The position numbers and the translations under genes are program-made. Shown one piece after another: positions 9,501 to 20,144 of a DNA stretch of 64,000 nt; the first letter of the stretch is position 1, and each line of letters begins with the position of its first letter. The stretch lies in assembly GCA_045604905.1 (NCBI GenBank), contig JAZUOX010000070.1, positions 345-64,344 on the forward strand, given 5' to 3'. Under the pieces are notes generated by a model. It saw nothing but the letters and a program-made list of their open reading frames with translations, did not search any database and was not told where the DNA came from. Source of the DNA: Clostridia bacterium. Its GTDB lineage: Bacteria; Bacillota; Clostridia; UMGS1883.

Positions 9501-10395
9501 AATGATGATGGTGATGATGATGGTGTCCACAGGAATGATGCTGTTCAGGTTTACATTCTTTTTCGTGGCAGTGCTCATCAGTTCTTTCGAGTTCCAGAGT
9601 TGCGTGGCTTATGCCGTGCTCTTTAAGCTCTTCCCTTACAAGCTCTTTAATTTTATGACTGTCACCTTCTGCAACAACATGCATAGTTGCAAAATTACTC
9701 TGTCCATCCATACTCCAGATATGAATATGATGCACTTCGCATACACCGTCAATTTTTTCAATATGTTGCTTAATCTCCACGATATTTATTCCGCGGGGAG
9801 TTTTTTCAAGGAAAAGATCCAGTGCTTCTTTTAAATTTCTTACGGCATTTATCAGAATAAAGACTGCCACACCTATAGACATAACAGGGTCAATGATATA
9901 AAAATCCGTAAAATGCATCACTACTGCACCTACAAGAACAACAATCCAGCCGAGAGCATCTTCAAGCATATGAAGGTTAACGGCTTTCTGATTCATCGAG
10001 CCTGCTTCACGAGTAAAAAATGCGGCACATATGTTTACAACTACGCCGATAACGGCAAAAATAATCATACCACTGTAATTAATCTCAACAGGGTTAATAA
10101 TTCTTTCGATTGCGTTATATATGACCGCTACAGAGCCGAACAGAAGAATTAAAGTAGTTATAACACTTCCCGTTACGGAATATCTCCCATAACCGTAGGT
10201 GTAGTTTTCATCGGGCTTATGCTTACTTTTCCTTTCAAGGAAGTATGAAACCCCGATGCTTGCGGCATCACCTATGTCGTGCACCGCATCGGAAAGTATT
10301 GCTACGCTTCCCGTGAAAATTCCTCCGATAAATTCAAATGCGGAAAATGCGATATTAAGTATAAATGCAATTAAAATATTTCTTTCTGTTTTCAT
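9499..10395 (-). CDS. czcD: Cation diffusion facilitator (CzcD-like Zn/Co/Cd exporter)
   Basis: SVAILSDAVHD, NLHMLED, HHIHIWS, poly-His tail. Confidence 0.88.
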   Translation of the reverse strand: MKTERNILIAFILNIAFSAFEFIGGIFTGSVAILSDAVHDIGDAASIGVSYFLERKSKHKPDENYTYGYGRYSVTGSVITTLILLFGSVAVIYNAIERIINPVEINYSGMIIFAVIGVVVNICAAFFTREAGSMNQKAVNLHMLEDALGWIVVLVGAVVMHFTDFYIIDPVMSIGVAVFILINAVRNLKEALDLFLEKTPRGINIVEIKQHIEKIDGVCEVHHIHIWSMDGQSNFATMHVVAEGDSHKIKELVREELKEHGISHATLELERTDEHCHEKECKPEQHHSCGHHHHHHHH

Positions 10396-10442
10396 AGTGC
10401 CTCCATTGACTTTTCTTTAATATAATAATATAATAAACATGC

Positions 10443-10457
10443 TGAACATTTTGTTCA
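10443..10457. promoter_or_regulatory. Palindromic operator, probable TetR site
   Basis: TGAACA-TTT-TGTTCA between divergent czcD and tetR; further TGTTCA half-sites nearby. Confidence 0.5.
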
Positions 10458-10552
10458 ATACCAGTATACTTGTTCAATTATTTGAATTCAACATATAATT
10501 TCACCTACATGTTCATTACCGAACATTTTTCAGTTTTTGTACGGAGGTTATT

Positions 10553-11107
10553 ATGGACAGACGTCAGAAAAAAACACGCGATGCCATATTCAGTGCATTT
10601 ATAACACTACTATCTAAAAAAGATTTCAATCACATTACTGTAGCAGAAATTATTGATGATGCCAATGTCGGTCGCGCTACCTTTTACGCCCATTTTGAAA
10701 CTAAGGATTTTCTTTTAAAAGAATTGTGTGAAGAGCTTTTTGACCATATATTTGAGTCTGATTCGGGAACAGATATGCATAAGCATATTTTTGACTGCGA
10801 TGCTCCTGACTCTGTATTTTTGCACCTGCTTCAGCACATCAAAAATAATGACAACAACATTGCAGAGCTTCTTTCCAGCAGGAACAACGAACTGTTTTTA
10901 GGCTATTTCAAAGATAATCTGAAAAAGCTTGTCGACAATCAGATTTCCTTATTTAAATTAAAAAAGCCTGCGGATTTACCACCTGATTTCTGGACAAATC
11001 ACATCTCTTCCACTTTTGTTGAAACTGTAAGATGGTGGGGTAATCATAAAATGAAAGAATCCCCTGAAGTTATCAATGAATTTTTTCTCAAAGCTATATC
11101 ATTATAA
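10553..11107 (+). CDS. TetR/AcrR family regulator
   Basis: DRRQKKTR..ITVAEII..ANVGRATFYAHF. Confidence 0.92.
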   Translation: MDRRQKKTRDAIFSAFITLLSKKDFNHITVAEIIDDANVGRATFYAHFETKDFLLKELCEELFDHIFESDSGTDMHKHIFDCDAPDSVFLHLLQHIKNNDNNIAELLSSRNNELFLGYFKDNLKKLVDNQISLFKLKKPADLPPDFWTNHISSTFVETVRWWGNHKMKESPEVINEFFLKAISL

Positions 11108-11149
11108 CAGACAGGATGGGTAAAATGAGTTTTTACCCCTCCTGTCTGT

Positions 11150-11794
11150 TTACTTTCTTTTTTTGTAATCTCTGTCTATTTCATCTTTCCAGGATGCTCC
11201 GAGAGGAGCACAGGCACGCACTGCAAATACGGCATCGGAAACTGCATTATAAACGCAGGCTGTTCCCTGTTTATCTGCGTGGTAGTTTACTGCTCTGTCT
11301 TCTGATATCCCGAAGCCCTTTGCAGTTTCTACTGCATCAATATTTGCCGCTACGAAAATAAATTCCCAACCGTATTTTGCTTTCTGGCGTTCTATCAATG
11401 CCTTTACTTCATCGTTTGTAAATCTGTGGCTTGCATTTTCCATCCCATCTGTTGTAATGACAAACATTGTGTGATCGGGTACATCTTCAGGGCGTGCGTA
11501 CTTATGAATGTTTCCAACATGCTTTATTGCACCGCCTATTGCATCAAGAAGTGCAGTACAGCCTCTTACATAGTAATCACTCTCTGTCATGGGACGGATA
11601 TCTTCGAGCTTTACCCTGTCGTGGATAACCTCGCTTACATTGTCAAAAAGAACTGTTGACACATAGCACTTTCCGTCAAGCTTTTTCTGTTTTTCTATCA
11701 TTGCGTTAAATCCGCCGATAGTGTCTTTTTCAAGTCCTGCCATTGAGCCGCTTCTGTCGAGAATAAATACGATTTCTGTTGTGTTGTTTTTCAT
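11150..11794 (-). CDS. von Willebrand factor A domain protein
   Basis: MIDAS DRSGSM, TALLDAIG, ITTDGMENAS. Confidence 0.9.
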   Translation of the reverse strand: MKNNTTEIVFILDRSGSMAGLEKDTIGGFNAMIEKQKKLDGKCYVSTVLFDNVSEVIHDRVKLEDIRPMTESDYYVRGCTALLDAIGGAIKHVGNIHKYARPEDVPDHTMFVITTDGMENASHRFTNDEVKALIERQKAKYGWEFIFVAANIDAVETAKGFGISEDRAVNYHADKQGTACVYNAVSDAVFAVRACAPLGASWKDEIDRDYKKRK

Positions 11795-11899
11795 AATATA
11801 AACCTCCAAAAAAATAATGTGATTGCTTGGTTTCTTTACCTTACAATCACATTATAATCGGTTTTTTAATTAAAATGGTCGCCTGACGGGAGACTTTTA

Positions 11900-12916
11900 T
11901 CAGCATCCAAGAAGCACCTGATCAAATTCAAATAAAGCCTCGTTTATTTCAAATATATCGTAAATTCCTCGGCGGATGAAATAGCGGATAATCTTATCAA
12001 AAGTAAAGCTGCGTGACAGCGTTAACCCAGCTGTTGCAAGAAGCTCCTGAGTTTCATCAAGACTAAGCCGGAGTGCTATTGCAAATGCTACCGCTGTTTG
12101 TTTTGACGGTTTATATGTATCGGGATTACATTTGATTTTAGAAAAAGTCTTTTTATCTACATTTGCCTTTTTATAACATTCTACATCTGTCATTCCGCGC
12201 GCGTCAATCAGTTCGAAAAGTTTAAACGCGAAAGTTTTTTCCATTCTCTGCATATAATCTTGCAGCGATTCATCCTCGTAATCCTTGGATGAGTCTATGC
12301 TTGTCATCGTTTCGCACGGATTCATTCTTTTTGGCATTGACATCTTCAAACGAGGCACAGCATTCGCCTGAGGTGCTGTCGCGCAGGCAAAGGCAACATC
12401 TTCGCTGATAAAGTCGCTTATTTCACGAAAAAGCTCTCTGCTGAATTCATAAGAATTACGGTCATATACGCACAGATAAATTGTCATTTCATGATTTAAT
12501 AGAAATTCTTTAATCACAGAAATAGCAAACTTAAGCACTTTATCCTTAGGATATCCGTATGCTCCGGAAGATATCAGAGGAAATGCTATTGAGTTAATAT
12601 TATACTCTGACGCAAGCTTCAGCGATTCTGTGTAGCAGGATTTAAGTATTATACTTTCGCCATGCAATCCGCCTTGCCATACAGGGCCGTAGGTGTGTAT
12701 AATATAACTTGCATACAGATTATATCCTTTTGTAATCTTTGCTGTACCAAGCCCCAGAGGAGCTATTTTTGCACACTCTGCCGAAAGCCCGGGGCCTGCA
12801 GCTTTATGCACTGCCAGGTCAACACCGCTGTATCCGATCATCTTTTCATTAGTTGTATTTACAATAGCGTCAACCTGCATTTTTGTTATGTCTTGCCTTA
12901 CTATTTTAAGGGGCAT
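11900..12916 (-). CDS. Macro-domain protein (ADP-ribose binding) fused to a C-terminal HTH-like domain
   Basis: DITKMQVDAIVN, GVD.AVH.AAG, IIHT.GP.W, AFPLISSG.YGYP; C-terminal YKKANVDKKTFSKI. Confidence 0.9.
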   Translation of the reverse strand: MPLKIVRQDITKMQVDAIVNTTNEKMIGYSGVDLAVHKAAGPGLSAECAKIAPLGLGTAKITKGYNLYASYIIHTYGPVWQGGLHGESIILKSCYTESLKLASEYNINSIAFPLISSGAYGYPKDKVLKFAISVIKEFLLNHEMTIYLCVYDRNSYEFSRELFREISDFISEDVAFACATAPQANAVPRLKMSMPKRMNPCETMTSIDSSKDYEDESLQDYMQRMEKTFAFKLFELIDARGMTDVECYKKANVDKKTFSKIKCNPDTYKPSKQTAVAFAIALRLSLDETQELLATAGLTLSRSFTFDKIIRYFIRRGIYDIFEINEALFEFDQVLLGC

Positions 12917-13035
12917 AATTTTTCACCTCTGCATTTTTTTCTCTTACTGCATTTTCATACGTTGATGTCCCTATGCGTATTGCCGCAAATAAAACTAAAA
13001 GGCACAGTATAATTATAAGAAATTTTTTCATTTTT

Positions 13036-13590
13036 TCACCTCAAATTTATACTTTTGAGAGTTTTACGTCTGTTCTGCCAATCAGGACACACATGGGCAA
13101 GCTCTTCATAAAATTTTGCCGAATGGTTTGCCTCAATAAAATGTGTGAATTCGTGCAATACTACATACTCCACACATTCAAAAGGAGCATACATAAGATT
13201 TGTATTAAAAGTAAGTATCCCCTCGTTGCTTCGGCAATTTCCCCATTGGGAAATCATTTTACGGAACTTTATTACAGGATAATCTACGTTTTTATTTTCA
13301 AAATACGGATACACTTTTTTACAAAGCAAGTTTATAACTGTTTTTATCTCACTTTCTTTAAAATATTGTGTAAGAGGTTTTTTCTCCATATTTTCAAACT
13401 TTTCAATAGCCTTAAATATAAAATCGCTTTTACTTATTATGAAATTTTCTATCTTTTCTGCTTGTACAAATCTGTTTGCACTGATAAACACACTTCCGTC
13501 TGACTTTATGCGCAGATTAATGTTTTTTACTGACTTGCGAATAAGGGTATATTCAATTTCTTTTCCGGTAATTATAATTTTTTTAGTCAT
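13036..13590 (-). CDS. YgjP/DUF45-like zinc metallopeptidase
   Basis: WGNC, YVVLHEFTH...NHS..FY. Confidence 0.88.
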   Translation of the reverse strand: MTKKIIITGKEIEYTLIRKSVKNINLRIKSDGSVFISANRFVQAEKIENFIISKSDFIFKAIEKFENMEKKPLTQYFKESEIKTVINLLCKKVYPYFENKNVDYPVIKFRKMISQWGNCRSNEGILTFNTNLMYAPFECVEYVVLHEFTHFIEANHSAKFYEELAHVCPDWQNRRKTLKSINLR

Positions 13591-13654
13591 AGTTTTTTCT
13601 TTCAATTGCTTTTATTTATGTTTAGTAGTATAATAACCCATAGGTGGTGATATT

Positions 13655-14521
13655 ATGTTTTCGCTTGAAATTGATTTTCTCCGTATGCTTGAGGGTATCC
13701 GGAGTGGATTTTTGGACAAAGTCTTTGAATTTATCACAATGCTCGGAGAAGAAACACTTCTCATCATACTGATGGCAATTATCTACTTTATGTATGACAA
13801 ATCACTTGCCAAAAAGTTGTTTTTTATAACGGCAATGTCTCTGTCACTTAACTGCATAGTTAAAAATTCAGTTAAGCGTCCACGCCCGTTTACACGGGGG
13901 ATTTCCTGTGTGAGAAAGGAAACTGCAACGGGGTATTCTTTCCCCAGCGGTCACACGCAAACTTTTTCCACTTGGTCAAATGCTCTGGCAGTTAACATTA
14001 AAAAGAAATGGTTTTTATGTCTTACGCTCTCTCTATCTTTCCTGGTAGGATTTTCAAGACTGTACCTTGGCGCTCACTATCCCAGTGATGTGATAGCAGG
14101 ACTTGTCTTTGGTTTTCTGTTTGCATTTTTGGGAAATGCGCTTTATGACAAAGTAAAAAACAAGAGTGTTCTTTACATTTCAGCACTTCTTATTCTGACA
14201 CCCTTTGTCGCCTTTTTCATAATAAAGCCCGATGCGCTTTATGAAGATTTTTTTAAGCTTTATGGAATGATAGCAGGCTTTGTTCTTGCAGTTATCTTTG
14301 AAGAAAAAGCTGTAAACCTTGAAAAAGCCTCAACCGCCAAAAATATTCTGAGGGTTGTAATATGCGTAGTGCTTGCAGTAATAATTAAAGAAATTCTCAA
14401 AGCATTATTTATTACAGATATTTTGAGGTTGTCACTTTTTCTTGATGCTGTGAGGTATTTTTTACTGGTATTTCTTATTATGGGTGTTTGCCCATGGGTT
14501 TTCAAAAAAATCAATATGTGA
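13655..14521 (+). CDS. PAP2 family membrane phosphatase
   Basis: K...RPRP, SFPSGH, SRLYLGAHYPSD. Confidence 0.93.
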   Translation: MFSLEIDFLRMLEGIRSGFLDKVFEFITMLGEETLLIILMAIIYFMYDKSLAKKLFFITAMSLSLNCIVKNSVKRPRPFTRGISCVRKETATGYSFPSGHTQTFSTWSNALAVNIKKKWFLCLTLSLSFLVGFSRLYLGAHYPSDVIAGLVFGFLFAFLGNALYDKVKNKSVLYISALLILTPFVAFFIIKPDALYEDFFKLYGMIAGFVLAVIFEEKAVNLEKASTAKNILRVVICVVLAVIIKEILKALFITDILRLSLFLDAVRYFLLVFLIMGVCPWVFKKINM

Positions 14522-14543
14522 GGACAGCATTGCTGTCCTCTTT

Positions 14544-15872
14544 TTAATAGTTATATTTTTTACGCAATACCACCACAAACAATATTGATACTGCTGCTGA
14601 CAGTGCTTCTGCAACGACAACAGAAATCCAAATACCATCTAACCCCCATATTACGGGGAAAGCAAGTACACATATAACCTGAAAAACAGTTGTACGCAAA
14701 AAGGCAATCACCGCAGATACGGGGCCATTATTAAGGGCTGTAAAAAATGAGGAGCCAAAAATGGCAAGTCCCGAAAACAGAAATGACAAAGCGTACTCCC
14801 GAAATCCGTGAAGTGTCATCTCATACAATTCTTTATCATAGCCTGCAAAAAGCTTTGCCAGAGGTACTGAAAGCACTTCTGATAAACATAACATGATAAC
14901 CGATGTCACAATGTTGATTGCAATTATTTTTTTGCGCAGATTTTTCATTTCAGCATAGTTTTGCGCCCCGTAATGATATCCAACAACAGGCGCAGAGCCG
15001 TTTGCAAATCCGAAAAATATTCCGATAAATATAAAGCACACATACATCATTATACTGTATGCAGCAACACCGTCTTCCCCTGCATATTTAAGAAGCTGCG
15101 TATTATACAGAAGTCCTACCATTGAGCTTGTTACACCACTTACAAATTCAGAAGCACCGTTTGATGTGGCTTTAAGTGTAGCCTTAGTGTCAAACTGAGT
15201 TTTTCCAAGCCTTAGTTTGCTGGTATTTTTGCGGAAAAAGTAAAAAAGTGGAACTACACCGCCCACAATCTGGCTTGCTGCAGTTGCCCATGCCGCACCG
15301 GCTAAATCCCACTTGAATACCGCCACAAAAAGTGCGTCCAGTACCATATTAGTGCAACCTGCAAAAACGGTCACCCAAAGACCGAGCTTGGGTCTTTCCG
15401 CAGTTACGAAAAATATCTGAAAAAGAAACTGCAGATTCCACAGCGGCATCGATATAAGAAGTATATTTCAGTACATCACTGCCTGGTCAAGCAGTTTCCC
15501 ATCAGCTCCGAGCATGGACATAAGTGGTCTCAGTAAAAAGAATCCCAGTATTGAAAAAAACACTCCTACAAAAAAGGAAATATATACGAAAAGCGAAAAC
15601 AGGCTATTTGCTTTTTCAGTTCTCCCCTCTCCCATAGTTTTTGCAACAAGGGCGCTTCCTCCTGCACCGAAAAGGTATCCGAAAGTTGCTAAGATATTAA
15701 GTATCGGAAAAACAAAATTTATTGCCGCAAGGGCAGTTTTACCAACGTAATTACTTACAAAAAGTCCGTCTACAACTCCGTAAAGGGATGTAAATACCAT
15801 CATTACCATAGCAGGAAAAGTAAATTTTAAAAGCCTTGCGTATGTAAAATGGTCTGACAACTGAATTTTCAT
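14544..15872 (-). pseudogene. MATE efflux transporter interrupted by one in-frame TGA (15468-15470)
   Basis: MKIQLSDHF...QAVMY*NILLISMPLWNLQ: both ORF halves are in the same frame and together give a full-length MATE. Confidence 0.85.
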
Positions 15873-16915
15873 TCTAATACTATATCCTCCATAATCCCGC
15901 CAAGAGCCGCTGCCATTGAATAAAAGCCGAAATCTGTGGGATGACAACCGTCAACCGTGCCCTCTCCGCCACAAAGGGAACAAAGCTCTCTTCCCGTCAA
16001 CAGATACACATTTTCATCTCCGCTGTCCAGCGCATTCCGGTAAGTTGTGCTGATAATCTGAAGCCTTTCTTCCTCTTCGGGAGTAAGATTATATTTTGGT
16101 CTTGACATCATTATTATGGGAAGATTCGGATGCGCCTCACGAATAGCCTTGAACATTTTTTCGTGAGTATTTCTGAGATGCTCAACAGTAGGTGCATTGT
16201 GGTCGTAGTCATATACAAACATTGACATGTCAAGATTTTTAATGTAGTCAATCATTTCGTCCTCAGCTTTTGCATTGCCTGAAAATCCAAGGTTTATATA
16301 ATCATAATTAAACCGTCTTGAAATGACATTCTGATATATTCTTCCGGGACGGGATGAGCATCCTCCCTGAGTGATTGAAGAGCCGTAGTACACAATCGGT
16401 TTCTTGTTTCTGTAAGGCTTCGGCTCCTCTACTGTAGAATCATCTGAAAGCCCGATATACAGATTATTAACATCATTATATGACGGGAAGTTAATTGTAA
16501 TATCCCTCATTTTTCTGTCGGGGAAGGTAAGTATGCTTTCATAACCACCCTTATCCTCCATAGGTGGTCGGTAAGTACCGACATAATTATTTCCGTCATA
16601 CAAATCAAATCCCGAGCTTCCTGTAAGTGCAAAATGTGCACCTTGGTACAGCTCGCCCATTTCCGCATGAATCGCTATAAACTCACTATCAGTTCTGAAA
16701 CGCACTCTTCCGCCTGCGGTATGTGTGTGAAGTCCGTATATTGCCATATTCACAGATTTGGCAGTAGCTTCAGGCATACGGCGGTATTTGCCGTTTTCTT
16801 TGAAGACACCGTAAACTTTGAACGGCTCATCCTCAATATCATAAAACTTAACGTCATCACGGTCTATCTCTGTCTGTATAGCAAAGTTTTTATCAATTAA
16901 CGAAATATCTCTCAT
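15869..16915 (-). CDS. SGNH/GDSL hydrolase with N-terminal GxDLY domain
   Basis: GFDLY, YGSSITQG, NLGFSGN, DGCHP. Confidence 0.9.
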   Translation of the reverse strand: MRDISLIDKNFAIQTEIDRDDVKFYDIEDEPFKVYGVFKENGKYRRMPEATAKSVNMAIYGLHTHTAGGRVRFRTDSEFIAIHAEMGELYQGAHFALTGSSGFDLYDGNNYVGTYRPPMEDKGGYESILTFPDRKMRDITINFPSYNDVNNLYIGLSDDSTVEEPKPYRNKKPIVYYGSSITQGGCSSRPGRIYQNVISRRFNYDYINLGFSGNAKAEDEMIDYIKNLDMSMFVYDYDHNAPTVEHLRNTHEKMFKAIREAHPNLPIIMMSRPKYNLTPEEEERLQIISTTYRNALDSGDENVYLLTGRELCSLCGGEGTVDGCHPTDFGFYSMAAALGGIMEDIVLE

Positions 16916-18198
16916 AATAATTCTCCTTTATCTACTACTACCGCTACACCGTCGGGAATTGCCGTTATTGTTGCATCTTCTTTACCAAGAATCTCTTTTG
17001 CTTTAATAATTGCATCTTCTATTGAATGAGCAGGTATCATATGCATTTCCCTGACCGTTTCGTCAGGCATTTCTGATATGTAAATTACACTTGCGTGTAT
17101 AAGAACACGGAGCATTATCTGTGTCTGCCACTGATCGGGAACAGTTTCAGTCCTGTCACGGGAAAGGAAAATGCTCATAGTTTTATTAATATCCGCTTCA
17201 TCAGCAAGCTGATGGTAGAAATGGTCACCGCCTATGCCGTCCCCGGATGCAGAAAGCATTATAACAACACCGCCTTTTTTAACGGTTGCTTCTGCGGCAG
17301 TCATACCCTTAACCGCCTGATACATATTCTGGTCAAGAGGGTAGCCGCCATTGGTGGAAATAACAATATCTGCAAGCACCGCCTTTGCACCGCACTGAGA
17401 TGAAAGGAAGTCTGTGCCTTTTTTATGTGCTGTTTCCACATCACCTGCCGTAGCAAAAATAACCTCTTTGTCGGCATTAAGTACAACATTCACTATAAAA
17501 GCAAGTTTTGCTTTCTTTGCCGCCCACAGCATATCTTCGTGAACAGGATTATCCTTAAGAATACCGGTTCTGGCATTATTATGTGCAATAAATTCAGAGC
17601 AGTGATTTGCAAGAACCGTCTTTCTTCCTGCAACACCGGGAAGAACGCTTTTTCTGCCACCTGAAAAGCCTGCAAAAAAGTGGGGCTCAATAAATCCCTC
17701 TGCCACAAGAAGGTCTGCCTCATAAGCAATAGAATTTATTTCACAAGTACCGCCCGAGGGAAGCGTGCCGATGTTTACAAGCTTCTCCCTCTCGTCACAA
17801 TCATGAATGTATATTTTCTCATTCTTCACGATTTCTTCACCGAATTTACTTACCAGCTCTCCCTTTGTAGTTCCTCTGTGGCAGCCTGTTGCAATAAGAA
17901 TTGTGATGTCCGCATCAGGATTACCTTTTCTTATTTCACGGAGCATAATTGGCATAATAATTTTGCTGGGAACAGGGCGTGTATGGTCACTTGCAATGAC
18001 AACAACCTTGTTTTTGCCTTTAGAAAGCTCTGAAAGCTTGGACGAGCCTACGGGATTTGCAATTGCATTTTCAACGAGCTCAATCTCGCCACATTCGGGC
18101 ACATATTCTTCAATCGAGGAAGTAAGTATGCCAACAAGCTCATCCCCGAATGTATAACTTACTTTTTCTTTTCCGTAAGGAAATTCTATTGTTCTCAT
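16912..18198 (-). CDS. larA: Nickel-dependent lactate racemase family (LarA)
   Basis: DHTRP, ATGCHR, EPHFFAGFSGGRKS, YQAVKG. Confidence 0.9.
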   Translation of the reverse strand: MRTIEFPYGKEKVSYTFGDELVGILTSSIEEYVPECGEIELVENAIANPVGSSKLSELSKGKNKVVVIASDHTRPVPSKIIMPIMLREIRKGNPDADITILIATGCHRGTTKGELVSKFGEEIVKNEKIYIHDCDEREKLVNIGTLPSGGTCEINSIAYEADLLVAEGFIEPHFFAGFSGGRKSVLPGVAGRKTVLANHCSEFIAHNNARTGILKDNPVHEDMLWAAKKAKLAFIVNVVLNADKEVIFATAGDVETAHKKGTDFLSSQCGAKAVLADIVISTNGGYPLDQNMYQAVKGMTAAEATVKKGGVVIMLSASGDGIGGDHFYHQLADEADINKTMSIFLSRDRTETVPDQWQTQIMLRVLIHASVIYISEMPDETVREMHMIPAHSIEDAIIKAKEILGKEDATITAIPDGVAVVVDKGELL

Positions 18199-18722
18199 AT
18201 TTTTTCCTCTTTCTTCAATACTTTCAGCAATAATGGTATAAGCACAAGCTGTATTACTATTCCGGGAACAGCGTCAACAAATCCGCCTGCAATAAAAGCA
18301 CCAACGCCAAAGCTTTTTCCGCCTATACCTAGAAGTCCCGCTTTTGTAATTCCCCATACGATACGGCCTGCGAGCATTGCCGTTACCAGGCATATGTAGG
18401 TATATCCCATTGAGGGATTTTTCTTTATTCTGTACATGTATCCTGCTACAAAACCGTAGGTTGCAAGCTCCAGCGCCATCCATATGGCATTGGGATAAAT
18501 TGGTGGCATTGATGATATTAAGCTTTTAAACAGCGGTATCATAAGCCCTGTAATAAAACCGTACCACGGTCCGCATATAAACCCGCAAAGAAGCACAGGA
18601 ATATGCATCGGCAGAAGCGAGTCTCCGATTTCTTTTATTTGCGAAATAAAAAAAGGTAAAACTATTCCAATTGTCAGAAACATTGCCGATAGAACAGTGT
18701 TTTTTAACTTTGCATTTCTCAT
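18195..18722 (-). CDS. ECF transporter S component
   Basis: LLPMHIPVLLCG, MALELATYG, PGIVIQLVLIP. Confidence 0.85.
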   Translation of the reverse strand: MRNAKLKNTVLSAMFLTIGIVLPFFISQIKEIGDSLLPMHIPVLLCGFICGPWYGFITGLMIPLFKSLISSMPPIYPNAIWMALELATYGFVAGYMYRIKKNPSMGYTYICLVTAMLAGRIVWGITKAGLLGIGGKSFGVGAFIAGGFVDAVPGIVIQLVLIPLLLKVLKKEEKI

Positions 18723-18724
18723 AT

Positions 18725-19105
18725 TCAGTTAAAAAAAGTGCCGTTTTTAAGGGCTTCAAGCATAATTTTTGCACTGTTTCCGTTTGTTGCAAGGGGGATT
18801 TTCTGCACGTCACAAAGTCTTAAAAGAGCAGACACATCAGGCTCGTGAGGCTGTGCCGTAAGCGGATCGCGAAGGAAGATTATAAGGTCAAGCTCCCCGT
18901 TTGCGAGCATTGCGCCAATCTGTTGGTCGCCGCCGAGGGGGCCGCTTTTAAGACGGCATATATCAAGTTTGGTTTCGCCCATAATCATAGTGCCAGTTGT
19001 ACCTGTTGCAAAAAGCTCATGCTCTGCAAGTATATCCTTATAAACCTTTGCTATATCAATTATTTCCTGCTTTTTCTTATCATGTGCTATCAATGCAATT
19101 TTCAT
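18725..19105 (-). CDS. mgsA: Methylglyoxal synthase
   Basis: [33 protein letters not shown]. Confidence 0.96.
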   Translation of the reverse strand: MKIALIAHDKKKQEIIDIAKVYKDILAEHELFATGTTGTMIMGETKLDICRLKSGPLGGDQQIGAMLANGELDLIIFLRDPLTAQPHEPDVSALLRLCDVQKIPLATNGNSAKIMLEALKNGTFFN

Positions 19106-19174
19106 TAGTAAAACCTCCAAACATTATCTCAATTTTATTATATATTATTAAAACTAAAAAAGCAACAGGAACTG

Positions 19175-19849
19175 TTAATTTTCCTGTTGCCTTTTTTCCA
19201 TTCTGCGCCAATTTATAAAGCCGTAAATATCATTTACAAGGAAAGCCACAAAACACGCCAGTACAGAAACGTATTTTACATCTTTAAATGATGCCAGAAG
19301 CCATAGAACGATAAGTACAATATCATTTGCCGCATACGCAACTGCATAGTAGGGGCTGCGCCTTGATGTAAGATACACAGCAACAAAGCTTGTTGTGACA
19401 GAAAGCGTGCTGACAGCAAGATTTGCAGTATTAAAATACTTCAAAACAAAATAGAATACCGCTGTTACCGCTACCGCCAGCGACCACATAACTACATGAT
19501 CTTTTGCTGTGATTTTTCTTACCTCAACCTCGCTTTTATTTCCTTTATAGGGATGTTTAATCCACTCCACAAGTGCAATTATCGCCATAGGGAGTGTCAT
19601 CCCTGCGTAGGTTGCCACTTCCCCGTAATATCTGCAAGCATAGGATATGACACCGTAAAGCAGGCTGAATACTATTATCAGAACCTGCCCGAAGGGATTA
19701 CCCTTTGCACAGTAAATCAGCGAGGTTACACCGATAAGTGACGATATTAAATTAAGATAGCTTCCTCTGTCAAAAAAGAGAAATGACAAAGTGATAAGAA
19801 GCACCGACCCCGCCCATATTCCTTTTTCCGTTTTTGAAAAATAGTTCAT
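19175..19849 (-). CDS. pnuC: PnuC-family nicotinamide riboside/vitamin transporter
   Basis: Multi-TM protein, AKGNP.GQ, YYGE, NDIVLIVLW, YGFINW. Confidence 0.8.
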   Translation of the reverse strand: MNYFSKTEKGIWAGSVLLITLSFLFFDRGSYLNLISSLIGVTSLIYCAKGNPFGQVLIIVFSLLYGVISYACRYYGEVATYAGMTLPMAIIALVEWIKHPYKGNKSEVEVRKITAKDHVVMWSLAVAVTAVFYFVLKYFNTANLAVSTLSVTTSFVAVYLTSRRSPYYAVAYAANDIVLIVLWLLASFKDVKYVSVLACFVAFLVNDIYGFINWRRMEKRQQEN

Positions 19850-19861
19850 AATATCCTCCTC

Positions 19862-20038
19862 AAAAGAAGCGTGCCGCTTCACCCGTATCGCACCCCCATA
19901 ATAGTGCAAACACAGTTTCCTGCGTCATAATTTCACGCAAATTCCTATACAACAAAAAAGCGTGCCGCTTCACCCTGCATTGCGTCCCAACAAAATTCAA
20001 TTCTGCCAAATGTTGCTCGCGGTTAAATTACGCAATTC
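19862..20038. repeat. Two tandem copies (R1, R2) of a dispersed ~90-bp hairpin repeat
   Basis: AAAA(G)AAGCGTGCCGCTTCACCC...ACGCAA(A)TTC, related to copies at 26268, 37263, 37360 and 62835. Confidence 0.85.
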
Positions 20039-20144
20039 ACTCAAAAAAGCATCCGTAAAGTATATCTTCTAAGACCTAACGATATACGAACGAATGCTTT
20101 TGCATTTCCTACCCGGTGGCAGTAAATATTTATTTAACGGCTAT

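Noticed and set aside
15468-15470. Selenocysteine or genome-wide TGA recoding
   Set aside because: The position is not a catalytic Cys, no SECIS-like hairpin is evident, and TGA is a normal stop in many genes here (e.g. 9458, 26418, 34649).
19862-20038. CRISPR array from the tandem hairpin repeats
   Set aside because: Only two units per locus, the intervening sequences are homologous rather than unique spacers, and there are no cas genes.
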